Assembly (NCBI GenBank): GCA_951406725.2 | Contig: OX597814.1 | Location: forward strand, 24,738,001 to 24,802,000 | Direction of reading: 5' to 3' | DNA: 64,000 nucleotides | Source: Octopus vulgaris | Lineage: Eukaryota | The notes under the pieces: model-generated | Database searches by the model: none | What the model saw: the letters and a program-made list of their open reading frames with translations, nothing else | What the model was told of the DNA's origin: nothing | Program-made: the position numbers and the translations under genes | In this document: piece after piece, positions 39,836 to 53,956 of the stretch | Position numbering within the stretch: the stretch's first letter is position 1 | How the letters are laid out: the number at the start of each line of letters is the position of its first letter

Positions 39836-42477
39836 TATTTTCCCTATAAAACTTATATATGTTGCAGCCTCACAGAGGAGATGATAATTGCCTGAGATGT
39901 CAAGTGATATGAGATTCCTGAGAAAACCTAGCCACCTCAGCAAAACTGAGTTCTGGAAGCATTGAGGGCTGATCTCCAGATGTTGAACTTCACACACATT
40001 ATGACAATAGACTAAGACATCTGGTGATATGAAGTTCTTCAAAAGACCTACCCACTTTAGCAAAACCTGAGTTCTGGAAGTGCTGCATATTATGAGCTCT
40101 CTATCCAAACATTACATTAATTCACCCCTTCCCCAACGAACCAGACTACATTTCATCATGCACTATGCTTATCTTTCTCCCCACTACTGCTCCTGCAGTA
40201 GTGGGCAGAAAGATAACACCACTTAATCATCTCTCTCCTGTTCTCCCCCTGCCAACAGTGTCATTTCTATCCTGTTTCTACTCTATGTACCCATGTTCAC
40301 CACTCACTGCATTCCCCTTCTACTCTCCTCTCCAACCCCTCTTCTTTTGTTCTTTTGCATTCTTGTTAATTCCCTTCTCACTCTCCTTGATAAGGTTAAC
40401 TATGTACCTCCTCTACAGCAAGGCACCTGTTTCTGTTCCCCCTGTCATAGTTTAACCTCTCATCACCTGGCACAAAGCCACCAACCCCAATGCCACTCCT
40501 CCCATTCAGCTAATAGATCTTTGTATTGCAAGTTACTTGGTGACCTCATTGGTGCCAGTGCTACATAAAATACACCAAGTATGCTGACATACTCAGCATT
40601 AGGAAGGGCATCCAGCTGTAGAAATCAAGTCAAAACTTGATAGTAGAGCCTAAAGAAGTCCTCTGGCTTGCCAGCCCTTTCAAACCATCCAACCCATGCC
40701 AGCATGGGAAACGAGCATTAAATATTAATGATAATGATGATATATCCTAATATATATCTTGACCATAAAAAAAATCAAACAAATATTTCCAAAAAGCATA
40801 TTCTAGGAACCATTTCTCTATTTATGATCCACCTGTGAATGAAATAATAAAATAATAGGAAAACAAGCCCTATGGTTAGCAGGTTACAGAAATCGGGAAT
40901 GGAATGTAATTCGAACAATGCGTGAAAAACATACAGAAGTGGGAAAAGCAGCCAATACATTTGTGAATATTAATGCTTGTGTTATAAAATGATATTCTTA
41001 GTGAATAAATCTTCCTTGGTGTTTTGATAATCAAGAGAAGTTAGCCAAGCATCTATTGTATTAAGTTTAAATATATCCTTTAACTACCTATAAAAGCTAC
41101 ATGAATTAACTGTTTGTGTAAAATATACTGTGAATAACTTCAACTTCAAAGGTATCCTGTATCAAAGAGTATGGTTTTGAATAACAACTGGAAATGATTC
41201 ACTGTTGGATCAATGAAATTCGTGGAAGCTGTAATATGTATGTACTTTCTGGAAGTCTCGAAATGTTGCAGAGGAATGGACTGAGTAGATATACAATTAA
41301 ACAACCAGATCAAATATTTTGAGTTCAAATCACAATGGTATTTTGTGTAATTAAACAAAGCAATTACCTCTATGAATTTGGTTTAATTAGCGGTTAAGTA
41401 TAAGTAATGAGCTTTTGGGGGTTGTTGATTGTGATGGCCTGGCATATAATGAATATGGAACATTTATACCTTGTTTGTTTCACTTCTATAACCTGGAACA
41501 TAGGATCAGCATCTATATGAGTCTTAGCACTTGGTATAAGACATGTCTTTTACAGTGTAAATTGAAAGTAATCTCTAAGGAAAACTGATAGCAGACTAAG
41601 CAAATGATGTGCAAAATTAACAGTAAACAAGGCTATAAGTGTAACTTCTATATTAATGGGTGATTATATGCATCCATGTTTCTTCTTAAATAAATGCATA
41701 TTGATTCTACCAAAAAATACACCAATATAGAGTTTATTACAATTTTAATTTACTGTTTGCATATTTAATATCAAGATACATTGCTTCTTTTTACTACTTA
41801 GAAACTTTTTAGAGGCAATATAATACTTGAAGATCCTATATATTATATTAAGTGGAATGAGAAATTGTGACATTCATTGCCTTTTTCAAAGAAAAGCATG
41901 AGAGAAGGAAAATGGATGCAAGTGATAACTAACACTCCACTTCAACCTTGGCTTGTTGGAAAATTACCATCTACTGTTTAGCACTAGCTACATATATCAA
42001 AATATATTATCAACAATTTATTTGATAAGTATGTTCTTGCTTGGTTATTATACACACAACCAATGTAATATTTATTGCATATTATTGGATACAATTTTAG
42101 AAAGGTTTTATTTTGTCGCAGTAATATTGAAAGTGTTTGTGGGATAGAAAACCTATCAGTGTTCTAGCAAGAAAATAGATACATTTTCTCAATTTTTTCA
42201 TGCAAACATGTTCTTTGATCATTATTGAAAATTCTCAACTAAAGCTTATTGCAATATTTTCAAAGAATGATTTTCTTGTTTTGTTTCTCTTATATTTTTA
42301 TTTAATAACAAATTTCATCTTGATGCATGTTTCTCAAATATTAAGAGAGAATTTTAAAATGAAACAAAAACATTCTCGAGATATTTCTTAATATGCTAAC
42401 AAATTGTTAGTCATATCCATTGCCAATCTCTCTCTCTCTCTCTTTTCTTTCTGTATATATCTTGTATGTGTATGTGT

Positions 42478-42521
<44 letters not shown>

Positions 42522-42522
<1 letters not shown>

Positions 42523-42716
42523 CTCTTTTACTTGTTTCAGTCATTTGACTGCGGCCATGCTGGAGCACCGCGTTTAGTCGAGCAACTCGACCCCGGGACT
42601 TATTCTTTATAAGCCCAGTACTTATTCTATCAATCTCTTTTGCCGAACCGCTAAGTGACAGGGGACATAAACACACCAGCATCAGTTGTCAAGCAATGCT
42701 AGAGGGACAAACACAG

Positions 42717-42747
<31 letters not shown>

Positions 42748-42903
42748 CGACAGGCTTCTTTCAGTTTCCGTCTACCAAATCCATTCACAAGGCTTTGGTC
42801 AGCCCGAGGCTATAGTAGAAGACACTTGCCCAAGGTGCCACGCAGTGGGACTGAACCCGGAACCATGTGGTTGGTAGACAAGCTACTTACCACACAGCCA
42901 CAG
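42522..42903 (-). mobile_element. SINE family A
   Basis: Near full-length match. Further copies at 44860-45190, 45820-46237, 47395-47515 and 57440-57826. Confidence 0.85.
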
Positions 42904-43420
42904 GATATATATTAATATATGTAATTCAGTACATCTATATATGTAATTCCGTATATCTATTTATCGCTCTATCCATATATATATTATGTGCATGTGCATG
43001 AGTATGTGTGAAAAGACTCGTCAAGCCAAGGGAAATTGTAGTCATGGCCAGTGCTGGTGTCATGTAACCGACACCTGTGACAGCAACAGATAAAAAGCAC
43101 CTTTCAAGCATTGGGCCTCATGGAGGCAATGACAAAGGACCAAGACCTTTAGCAATATGCCATGCTTGAGAAGAAATTGTGGCAGATATTAAAGTCATAC
43201 AACTGGCACCCATAAGCACCCATTACACTCTCGGAGTAGTTGGTGTTAGGAACGGCATCCAGCTATAGAAACCATGCCAAATCAGACTGTAATCTGGTAC
43301 AACCCCTCAGCTTACTAGCCCTAGTCAAACCGTCAAACCCATGCCAACATGGAAAACGGACGTTAAGTGATGATGATGATGCTGATGATATATATCATCA
43401 TCCTCATTTAAATTCCGCTT

Positions 43421-43455
<35 letters not shown>

Positions 43456-43476
43456 GTCTATCTATCTATCTATCTA

Positions 43477-43518
<42 letters not shown>

Positions 43519-43619
43519 TAAAAACGGTAAGATAACAAAAGAAAAGAAGAGACCTCAATATTATGTAAATAGAGGAAATTTATCTATAAAACAATATGTT
43601 ACATTTACTCTATAGTCAA

Positions 43620-43680
43620 GATAAAATTCTGAGTTTCAGATGCCGAAGTGGAAATCCACAACACCATCTCTTCGGTTATC
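43620..43680 (-). ncRNA. Hammerhead (U4C variant) in PLE 3' fragment 43516-44350
   Basis: Reverse complement gataa-CCGAAGA-gatggtg.tgtgga(tt)tccac.cggcatc.t-GAAAC-tcaga-ATT-ttatc. The fragment is bounded by (TA)n. Confidence 0.65.
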
Positions 43681-44356
43681 TGGCTATCTGAAAAACGCTA
43701 TGAAAAAATACCGTTATATAAAGGGAAATTACTGTATTATAATTCTGCTCGCGGACCTACGTGTGTACTTATACGTCACTATGAAAACGTACACATCTTC
43801 ACTCGCATTTTTCGCCAAATATATACGCATATATATACAAACTCATACACACACACATGCGTACCATAAAAGTTCATACATACGTCTATATACGCACAAG
43901 CACAAGAAGAACCATGGTTAAAGGTAACAGAGAAAAACATAAGGAAGTATACAAAGCATAAAAACCATGTTCATATACGGACATGCACCTATGCACTCAT
44001 ACACACACTCGCCCATATATGTACATACCCGCACATATTTATATACACATACACACGCATATACAAAAAATGAATATACATATGCCCCCCCCCCCCCAAA
44101 TGGAAAAATACTAAGTAAAAACGTCTATATATATGTGCATTCTTATGCCCATGCACACGCACACATCTAAAACTGCCCACTCATACATATTCACACACGT
44201 GTACAAATAAATCTATATACATGTCTATATAGGCACAGGAAAAAGAATGCAGGATAGAAAAGTACAGAAAAAATTATTATGTGTGAAAATATTAAAATAT
44301 ATGAAATAATAAAAGGTATAATGAGGTAAAAAACTTTTTGGGAAGTAATATAGAAA

Positions 44357-44393
<37 letters not shown>

Positions 44394-44594
44394 GAGAGAG
44401 AGAGAGAGATTCAGATGAATATGGTACTTAAGTTGAGGCACCAGAATTTAGTATGGTATTATCATACAGTTTCAATTTAAGGTGATTAAAATCAAAATAA
44501 GTAGCAAGGATATCCAGAGGTAATGCATTACCTCTCGATATCCGTGTTGCTTATTTTGATATCTATCTATCTGTATGTATGAATATATATATAT

Positions 44595-44666
<72 letters not shown>

Positions 44667-44700
44667 ATACATACATACATACATACATACATACATACAC

Positions 44701-44731
<31 letters not shown>

Positions 44732-47351
44732 TATATATGTATATATACATGTATGTATAAATGAAAAATGGATTAAAAAATACTGGCAGTACTAAAAGAA
44801 TTTGGTTACCATATGTTCACCAATTGGACATCGGTAAATGTAAATAGAATACAGATTCTAGAAGGGTTTTAGTCAAACAAATCAACCCCAGGACTTACTT
44901 CTTAAGCCTAGTTCTTAGTCTATCAGCCACTTTTGCTAAATTACAGAATGTAAACACTCCAACACGTGTTGTCAAATAGTGATGTGGGCGGGGACACAGA
45001 CACAAAGACACACTCACACACACATACACGATGAGCTTCTTTGAGTTTCTATCTACCAAATCCACTCACAAGACTTTGATCAACCCGAGGCTACAGTAGA
45101 AGATACTTGCCCTAGATGCCATACAGTGGGACTGAACTCAGAACCATGTGATAGGGAAGTATGCTTCTTACCACACAGTCACACCTGCACTTATTTAATG
45201 TTTATATTTCTGGTGAAAAACTGCAAAAGTAATTCTTAACTCAAAACAGACAATTCTAATTTACATCTTGTACTCAAGAGAAACTCTTGAGCATGATCCA
45301 TGCTCTATTGCTTTAGTGGGCAAGAAAAAGAAATTAGCAAATGGATAGCTTGAGAGATAAATTCAATCTCTGTAGACAATCTCTAAATACTAAACTCTAA
45401 ACGTTGACAAGTGTCCAATAAGGAACTGTCTTAACCACTGATTTTTCATTCTAGATTTTAAGCAACTGAAGATTAAAAGTCACTGATAATATCTAAATAA
45501 GGAAATGGCAAGTATAAAAATTTCTTCTTTGTGAAGATGGCCTTTATCTCATTGTTATATAACTGTACCCAACAGAAATAAGATGATGTTATAAAGAAAT
45601 GCTTGATGTCTTATAAGAAAGTGTTTTTAAGCCTTAGTAGAATGATAAATAGGAGATCAGTAGAGTTGTTCGAGCTTTGGGAAAAAAATGTATATTTTGC
45701 TTCTTTGCATTTGAAGTTTAAAACTAGCCATAGTCTACTTTGCCTTCCATCCTTCAAAGATTTATAAAATAGAGTACCAAGTGAGTATTGGGGTTCAAAC
45801 AATTATAACAGTAATACCTTACTCTCTTTTACTCTTTTACTTGTTTCAGTCATTTGACTGCGGCCATGTTGGAGCATCGCCTATAGTCGAACAAATTGAC
45901 CCTAGGACTTATCCTTTGTAAGCCTAGTACTTATTCTATCGGTCTCTTTTGCTGAACCACTTAGTTACGGGGACGTAAACACACCAGCATCGGTTGTCAA
46001 GCGATGTTGTGGGGACAAACACAGACACACAAACATATACACATACATACATATATATATATACACATATATACAATGGGCTTCTTTCAGTTTCCGTCTA
46101 CCAAATCCACTCACAAGGCTTTGGTCGGCCCAAGGCTATAGTAGAAGACACTTGCCCAAGGTGCCACACAGTGGGACTGAACCTGGAACCATGTGGTTCG
46201 TAAGCAAGCTACTTACCACACGGCCACTCTTACACCTACCCTATTAGACATTTTTCATATCATACTAGATATTATTATTAAAACATGCCTTAATTCTGAA
46301 TAAAACTTCTCTTGTGTTTCATTTTCTTATGTGTCTAGTGTTTGCTTGCACATATCAAATGTAGTCCAGCATGTACCAGATAAACAGCACTCATGTTAAT
46401 ACCATGTAAAAAGCACTAGGGCTGGAGCTGGTGCCATGTGAAAAGTACTGGTGCTAGTTACACATGAAAAGCACTAATGATGGTTCCACATAAAAAGAAC
46501 TAGTGATGGTGTCTCATAAAAAGCTCTGGGGATGTGCCTTGGAAAAAGCTGTAGGAGCCAAGCCAAAACAGACAATGGAACTTGGTGTGACTCCAAGCCT
46601 TGCCAGCTCCTGTCAAAACGTCCAATTCATGCTAGCATAGAAATCAGACGTTAGATGATGAGGAGGAGGAGGAGGAAGAGAAGGAGGACACATTAAGGTT
46701 TCAAACTTGATGCTATTCTCTATTTTATTTTTGTTGGCAAACAATAGCTAGTTTGGTTACAGATTTACATAGAATCTATTGCTGATTCCCTGGGACAAAG
46801 AAAATATCATAAATGATTTTCTTCAAAGAACACTGGTTTTCTGTATTGTTATTTATTATCATTATTTTCATTTTATGGAAAGCACAAATCACACTCACAT
46901 ATCTACACACACAAACACACACCCACACATGCTTGTACACACATGTGCACAAGCACACACACATGCTTACACATGTGATCCCTGTGCTTGTAGCTCATAA
47001 AAAGCACCATCTAAATGTGGCCAATGCTAACGCCATCTTAACTGGCTTCCATGCTGGTGGCACATAAAAAGCACCCACTACACGCTCAGAGTGGCTGGCA
47101 TTAGGAAGAGCATCCAGCTGTAGAAACACTGCCAGATCAGACTGGAGCCTGGTGCAGCCTCCTGGCTTCCCAGATCCCAGTCGAGCCGTCCAACCCATGC
47201 CAGCATGAAAAACAGATGCTAAATGATGATGATGGTATATATATATATTTATATGTATATATATCTTTATACATACATACATACATATATATTCCACTAC
47301 CTGGCATATACAGGTGCTTACACTTATCAAGTATTCACCCTAAATATATAT

Positions 47352-47390
<39 letters not shown>

Positions 47391-47730
47391 TATATGATGG
47401 GCTTCTTTCAGTTTCTGTCATTGGTTGGCATGAGGCTATAGTAGCACAAGGTGCCATGCAGTGGGACTGAACCCAGAACCATGTGGTTGGTAAGCAAGCT
47501 ACTTACCACATGCCTATATATATATATATATATATATAACAATATATAAAAGGGCTTAGTAAAATAAATTACTTTGCCGCATACTGAACTCATTAGAAAT
47601 AGCAGCTAAAAAACTTTTTTAAAAACCATTTCTAATACTTAAAGAAAATCTCTCTCATATAGTGCTTGTTCAACTCAACTCACGAAAGTTTGGGGGTACA
47701 GACATCAAAAAATCAAATGCAAAGGTTATT

Positions 47731-47782
47731 TGAGAACGTACGTTTCAAGATTAGTCAACACGACACTTCTATCATCAGCTCA
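47731..47782 (-). ncRNA. Type-I hammerhead ribozyme in PLE 3' fragment 47540-47958
   Basis: Reverse complement tgag-CTGATGA-tagaagtgtcg(tg)ttgactaatctt-GAAAC-gtac-GTT-ctca. Palindromic stem III AACGTACGTT; (TA)n on both sides. Confidence 0.8.
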
Positions 47783-47982
47783 GAAACTCCTTGGTTTGGA
47801 TTTGAAAACACTGAAAGTGAGAGCATACTCTTTCGGCTTCTCATCGCTTTCGAAGACCTGCTCGTAACTAACAGTGCCAACAAACTCAAACATGCAATTG
47901 AAGAATTTCTGTTCTCCCCTTTCCACCAGCGTGGGTTAAAATCAGCAAACACTCTGCTATATATATATATATATATATAATT

Positions 47983-48623
47983 ATATCATAATAATATTTA
48001 TTCTCCAATTTGAAGTGAAAATTTTTAAATACAAACAAATGGCCCAAAAATGATGAGCTTGCCTCAGACAGAATCGAACCCACAAATCAATGCTTACACA
48101 GCTCCTTACAAATCAATTTCAGTCCAATTTAGGTGATTCAGTCCGATTCTGCCTCAGGTTAGTTCATCATTTTTTGGTCATTTGTTTGTATTTAAAAATT
48201 GTTGCTTCAAATCAGAGAATAAATATTATTATGGTAAATTATTATACAGTTATTATCATACTATGGGTCTTCCATAGTAGCTTTCTCTCTATAACTTACA
48301 AAGACCTTCGGTTTTGTTTGTAAATATTATCTATAGTATTAAACAGTTTAAGTATATATCAACTAAATTTTACTGAAATTAATGGGTAAGCATTTAGCTA
48401 ATTAGATTTGTATGGAACCACGTAAGCATTGATTTGTGGTTTCAATTCTGTCTGAGGTTAGTCCATCACTTTTTGGTCATTTGTTTCTATTTAAAAATTG
48501 TCACATCAAATTGGAGAATAAACATTATTATAATATATTATTATACAGTCATTATTATACTATAAGTCTTCCATAATAGCTTTCTCTCCATAAATTACAA
48601 AACCTTTTGGATTTGTTTATTGA

Positions 48624-48625
<2 letters not shown>
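47983..48625. repeat. One inverted and two direct copies of a roughly 300-bp unit with tRNA-like B-box
   Basis: 47983-48118 is the reverse complement of 48400-48535. 48140-48325 repeats at 48443-48622. ggttcgattc-like motif present. Confidence 0.7.
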
Positions 48626-48677
<52 letters not shown>

Positions 48678-48721
48678 TAAATAAATGGAGTTTAACGCAG
48701 GTATAAATAAAATATTTTTAG

Positions 48722-48784
48722 TTTCGACACAAGTTTCGAAAATTCCACTGATACTATTCAAAATGCAATCTTCTCTTCAGGAAA
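48722..48784 (-). ncRNA. Type-I hammerhead ribozyme with GUC triplet in PLE 3' fragment 48676-48968
   Basis: Reverse complement tttc-CTGAAGA-gaagatt..aattttc-GAAAC-ttgt-GTC-gaaa. (TA)n on both sides. Confidence 0.8.
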
Positions 48785-51421
48785 GTGAAAAAAACGAAAC
48801 TCATCAATAAGACATTTTAGCAAAAAATGATGGATTTGTATAGCGATTAACTGAACGCTATTAATATTGTTTAAAAAAACCTCTTTACTTGTGAGATTTT
48901 TGCTACCCTGGTAACTATTTATTTTTTCCATGTTAATTGTTAACAAGGTAAAAATACACTCATCTATTTATATATATATATATATTTGCAAATATTTATA
49001 TACATGCATATAAAGAGAATCAGAGGATATAATTAAATATTAAGGAGTCTTGCTAAGAACCTTTACTATCTATCACCATCATCATTTTATGTTTGCTTTC
49101 TCATGCTCGCATGAGTTAGATATTTATTTTCAAACACAGTGTCTTACCACATCTACCTTCACCTTTTCTCTCTATGCCTTCCTTAGTCTTCTGCTGCAGG
49201 TTTCTTCCACTTGATTTATTTGATATAACCTTATCCAGCTGGTGGCTCTGTTTGAACTGTCTAAATTCTGAAATTAGTCACACTTGAGATATTACTGTAT
49301 TGTAACACATCTCTCCCTGGTGTAGTTGGTGTATTTAAATACCAGCTAGTTCAGACTCTCCTGGGGCTATCAAAATTTACCAGGAGCAAACCTTTCAAAC
49401 TGGGGCAGGTGACAAGGAAAGAAGCTGTTTCTATGGTATTGCATAAAGTGTGTAGAAGCAGCAGTAGAAGTCTTCATACCACTTGAAGGAATGAGGATAA
49501 TTTTTTTTTATCTATAATCTATATTTTGTGAGAAGATAAAACCATGTTTCTGATGAACAAAGAATGGAAGGGAAATTGAAATGCATAGAGCTGAATGTGT
49601 TTAAAATGAGGTGTTTTTGGAATGGATGAATAATATGTGTATTATGTGCATTGCTAGAGATTCTGGTATGGATTATATTCATATTAAAAGCAATATTTCA
49701 TACGATTACTATTAATTCTATAAAAGCATCAGCAATAGCCAATAAGTGTTAGGCATTTTTTAATTGATTTCTTTTGTGAAAACTACAAGCTAAATTTGTA
49801 GAGAAGGTGCTTAGTCATTTAACCCTTTAAGTGAAGAAGTCTTATGGTGGCAAATTGGCTGAGTCATTAGAATATTATATAGAACGCATCGTAGTATTGT
49901 TCTAATCCTCTACTTTCTGAGTTCAAGTCCCAGAGACTACAAATTTGTCCTTTCATTCATTTGGACTCAATAAAATATATAAATCCTAAGAGGTAAATTA
50001 GCACAACGAAAAGGATTTTGAACCAGATGTTTTGCAGTATTTGATCTGATTCTTTGCATTCTGAGTTCAAATCCTACCATGGCCCACAAGGGTGGTAGAC
50101 ATAATCTGCCACCCAGTTTAATATCAACACTATGTGCCTTTAGCAGAATTCATTCTGTGAAAGCATTCAAGCCAAGTTCTACAGTATAAGAATATGTTTC
50201 TGTCTACTTTTCACTAGTCTCAGATTGCCAAAGAAATTGTTTTTTCTCTACTTAATTGCATGATAAAATTAAAATCTGTAATAACTTTTATCATCATACC
50301 ATTTATTTTTAAAGTTCAAGTCATGGAAATCCATGTCTGAGAATCAAAGGATATAGTTAAATATTAAGAAATGCTACTAAGATCCTTGAATATCCATTTT
50401 CATCATTATCATTGTCATCATCATCATCATACACATTAACATTCATGCATATATACATATATAGTTATATGCATTTCATAAGTATATATGTGTGTATGTA
50501 TATGAACTTATTAAAGTGGTAGCAATAGGAGTCTTTATAGCACCTGAAGGAATAAAAATGAAATAGATAATTTATTATTTATATACTCAAGCATTAATTG
50601 ATGTAGCAAGGGAGTTAAACTCATTCCAGTATTTTGGTAAGTCTTATTTTTGATAACATCACAAGTAGAGCTCCAAAACAATGACCTACTAAACAAGAAA
50701 CTATGCAGTATTTGCTCTGTTTTTCTTTCTTTCAACCATCTCTACCAGCTATAATTTGTTTAAGTTAATAACCACTTATATGTATAGCCTTGTTCTAACA
50801 TAGATAATAAAATACATAGTTTCGAGGAAACTTTAATTAGAACATTTGTTATAATTAAGTTTTCTGGTTGCTTTAATTGAAATTGTTTTTTTCTTTTTCT
50901 TACTGATAATGAAATACTACATATACATTGAAGAATTTTATAGTGAACATTTTTCTAAATTGGTCCATCATGTTTTTTTCTATTAAAGCTTCACCAAAAT
51001 TGGCTCCATTTTCTCTATTTTCAAGTCTACAATTTATTTTAGATTAGTTCTGTGGGGAAAAATATAAATTTAAATAGAAAAGATATTGAATGATAAATAA
51101 AGAAAATATAAATGATTTGTGAGTTTTGTTGGTGGCAAGATTATTATAATTGTTTTATGTCTAAGAATTTAGTTAATTCTCTATTTCATTTGTGTCTAAA
51201 TATAGGTCAATGAATCATTGATTGGAATAAAAGAAATGAAAAAGCTAAGAACATGTCAATTCTATAACACTTTGAATTCATAATACATACATACATACAT
51301 ACGTACATACATACATACATACATACATACATACATACATACATACATACATACATACATACATACATACATACGTACATACTTACATATATAGCTGTGT
51401 TTGTGTGTGTGTATATATATA

Positions 51422-51459
<38 letters not shown>

Positions 51460-51469
<10 letters not shown>

Positions 51470-51770
51470 AATTAAGGACTGAACACGAAAAGTGGACAGT
51501 CAACATGCTAGATATAGACGTCAAATCGCCATTCTCCACAAAAGATTATGTTCTCAGATCAAACTCAACACAGTTGAGTTTGTGTTGAGTTTGATCTGAG
51601 AACATAATCTTTTGTGGAGAATGGCGATTTGACGTCTATATCTAGCATGTTGACTGTCCACTTTTCGTGTTCAGTCCTTAATTGGTATATATAAATATTT
51701 TAATCTTCGGATTCTTTTTTAATATGCTAGACCACTGGTCTTAATTGATAAATATCAATTTCTACCCTTA

Positions 51771-51780
<10 letters not shown>
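51460..51780. mobile_element. Perfect fold-back (about 113-bp arms, 8-nt spacer) plus tail, in (TA)n
   Basis: 51460-51572 is the exact reverse complement of 51581-51693, followed by a tail of about 85 bp. No hammerhead core is retained. Confidence 0.8.
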
Positions 51781-51802
<22 letters not shown>

Positions 51803-51804
51803 CA

Positions 51805-53024
51805 CAAGGTGTGTAAGATATTTGAGGACAGATTTATCTTTATAAAAAATATATATAATAACAGATAATAACTTATCAAAAAATGCTATGTGGATAGAAA
51901 TAAACCTTCTTTTCTATAATGTCATTCAATACAGCCACCTTCAGCTTCAACAATTGCTTCTATATGAGATCTAAATCATCTACATACATGAATCAAGTGG
52001 TCCTGGTTCATTTTGGACATTACTCTGACTAAAGCAGCTCTCAAAGAATCTTTGATGTTATAGGTGTGTACATTTACCTCTCTCTCAACAACATTCCAAT
52101 GAGTTGAGATCTGGGGAATTAGGAGGCCAAATGTTAGGGGTTATGTGATCATGAAAATTTTCAGCCATCCATTCCTGTGTTACGAGAGCCATATTGGACA
52201 GTGCAGAGTCTTACTGAAATGCATATGGCCTTAAATTGCATACACAGTCTATCCAGGGCTTAGCAATTATTTCCAAGACCTCAATGTAGGTGGCAGAGTT
52301 AACTCTAAGGCCTTGTGGAAAGAAGTAAGGAGGCATCACATGTCCTTCATTGCTGACAACCTCTAAAGCCATGACAATAACACTTGGAACTTCAGAAGGG
52401 TCTGCACGTAACCATGTGTCATTTCATCTGTTAACTTTCCATCTTGGTCGAAGTTTTTCTTGGTTGAGAAAAACCAAATCAAATCTTATTCTGCTGTATT
52501 TTTCAGTCTGTTTAAGAGCATTCTAGATCTGATGTAGTGATTTTCTTTTGCTTTTTCTGACAAATTGACCTTTCCTCATCATATAAGAGTTATATCTGAT
52601 GTCTTCGTGGACAACATTTCTGACTGTTTCTTTTGACACATGGAAATCTTTGCAACTGACCTCATGGACTTTCTGGGATTGTAATCAATGGTCTGTTGAA
52701 CTTGCTGGATAAATTCAGGTGTTCTGATGATTTCAGAGTGTTTAGAATACTTTTTATGCTTTGATACTGGTGATACATTTCCATCTTCACACTCTAGCTC
52801 CTTACAAACTTTGTAGATGGAAGATCTGGCAACATTTAAAAATTGAGATATTTCTAAAGCACTTTGTTTAGCATTTATAACCACAGTAACAGCATGCTTC
52901 TTCATTTCTTGAATAAGCTGAGGGTCTGCCATTATAATTTTCTGAAACAAAGATTACACAGAGTTAGAAAAAACTGCAGTAACGACCCAAAACTGGTATG
53001 TCATCAAATACCTTACGCACCCTG
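51805..53024 (-). mobile_element. Tc1/mariner transposon of DD37D (maT)-like type, decayed
   Basis: TIRs caaggtgtgtaagatatttgaggaca and tgtcatcaaataccttacgcaccctg|TA. HTH ORF 52579-52950. FQ*DSA..TQEW..WPPNSPDLNSL with 37 residues between the last two acidic positions. Confidence 0.8.
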
Positions 53025-53872
53025 TATGCATGTATGTATGTATTTATGTATGTATGACCACAAGGTCGTGGCTTTCGTGGATACGAAACCTTTGGTAACA
53101 CTATGACCAGAATTTAACTGTTTGTTTTAATAATTACTGCTCTATTCGTTAGAATGTGTATTTTTCTGATGTTTTATTGACTATATATACACACATACAC
53201 ACACTCACACACACATACACACACACATATATATATGTATGTATGTATGCATGTATGAGTATGTGTTTATATATTTATATATATGTTATGTGTATGTGTG
53301 TAAAATATGTATATATATACACATGCATAAACATATATTCATAAACATATATGTACATATATATATAACATACATGTATCTCATCACTGTCATTGTCATC
53401 ATCGTCGTCATCATCATTTTAGAGGATAAGTGTCTTCTATTTTAGACTTTGGCTGAGAAAAACCTTGGAAGTGGATTTGGTAGGCAGCATATATGTGTGT
53501 ACGTGTACGCGTGTGTATGTATATGCATGTGTGCATATTTGTGTGTGTATGGGAGTAATGTTGGAATAACTTGGCAATTGAAAACAAGCGTCACCTTAAT
53601 GCAAGCAATGTTCTTTGTTGCCAATATTCTATGAAAATATCTGTTCATGGGGAAATATTATCCTACTTAGAAGCAGGTAAGTGCTGACTCAGTCAGTTGG
53701 CGCTATCTGCTGGTACTTCTCTGCATAAAATATAGAATTGGGGACACAAAATGAACCTGGTTATTAAAATCTCTTTCCAACATACTCTTGTATGTCACAT
53801 GCAAGCATGGAAAATTGGACATTAAACATCGATGGTAATGTGACTGTGTGTATGTGTGTGTATTTTATATAC

Positions 53873-53956
<84 letters not shown>

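Noticed and set aside
39890-40085. Two copies of a roughly 120-bp unit; also a roughly 70-bp direct repeat at 49015 and 50338
   Set aside because: Diverged local duplications with no identifiable function or termini.
44490-44560. 70-bp imperfect palindrome next to (TATC)n
   Set aside because: Probably another truncated fold-back, but it has no ribozyme core or second copy in the window to classify it.
46385-46550. About 30-bp repeats (taaaaagcactagtg..) that look superficially CRISPR-like
   Set aside because: Degenerate tandem units inside a family C retroposon, with no unique spacers and a eukaryotic context.
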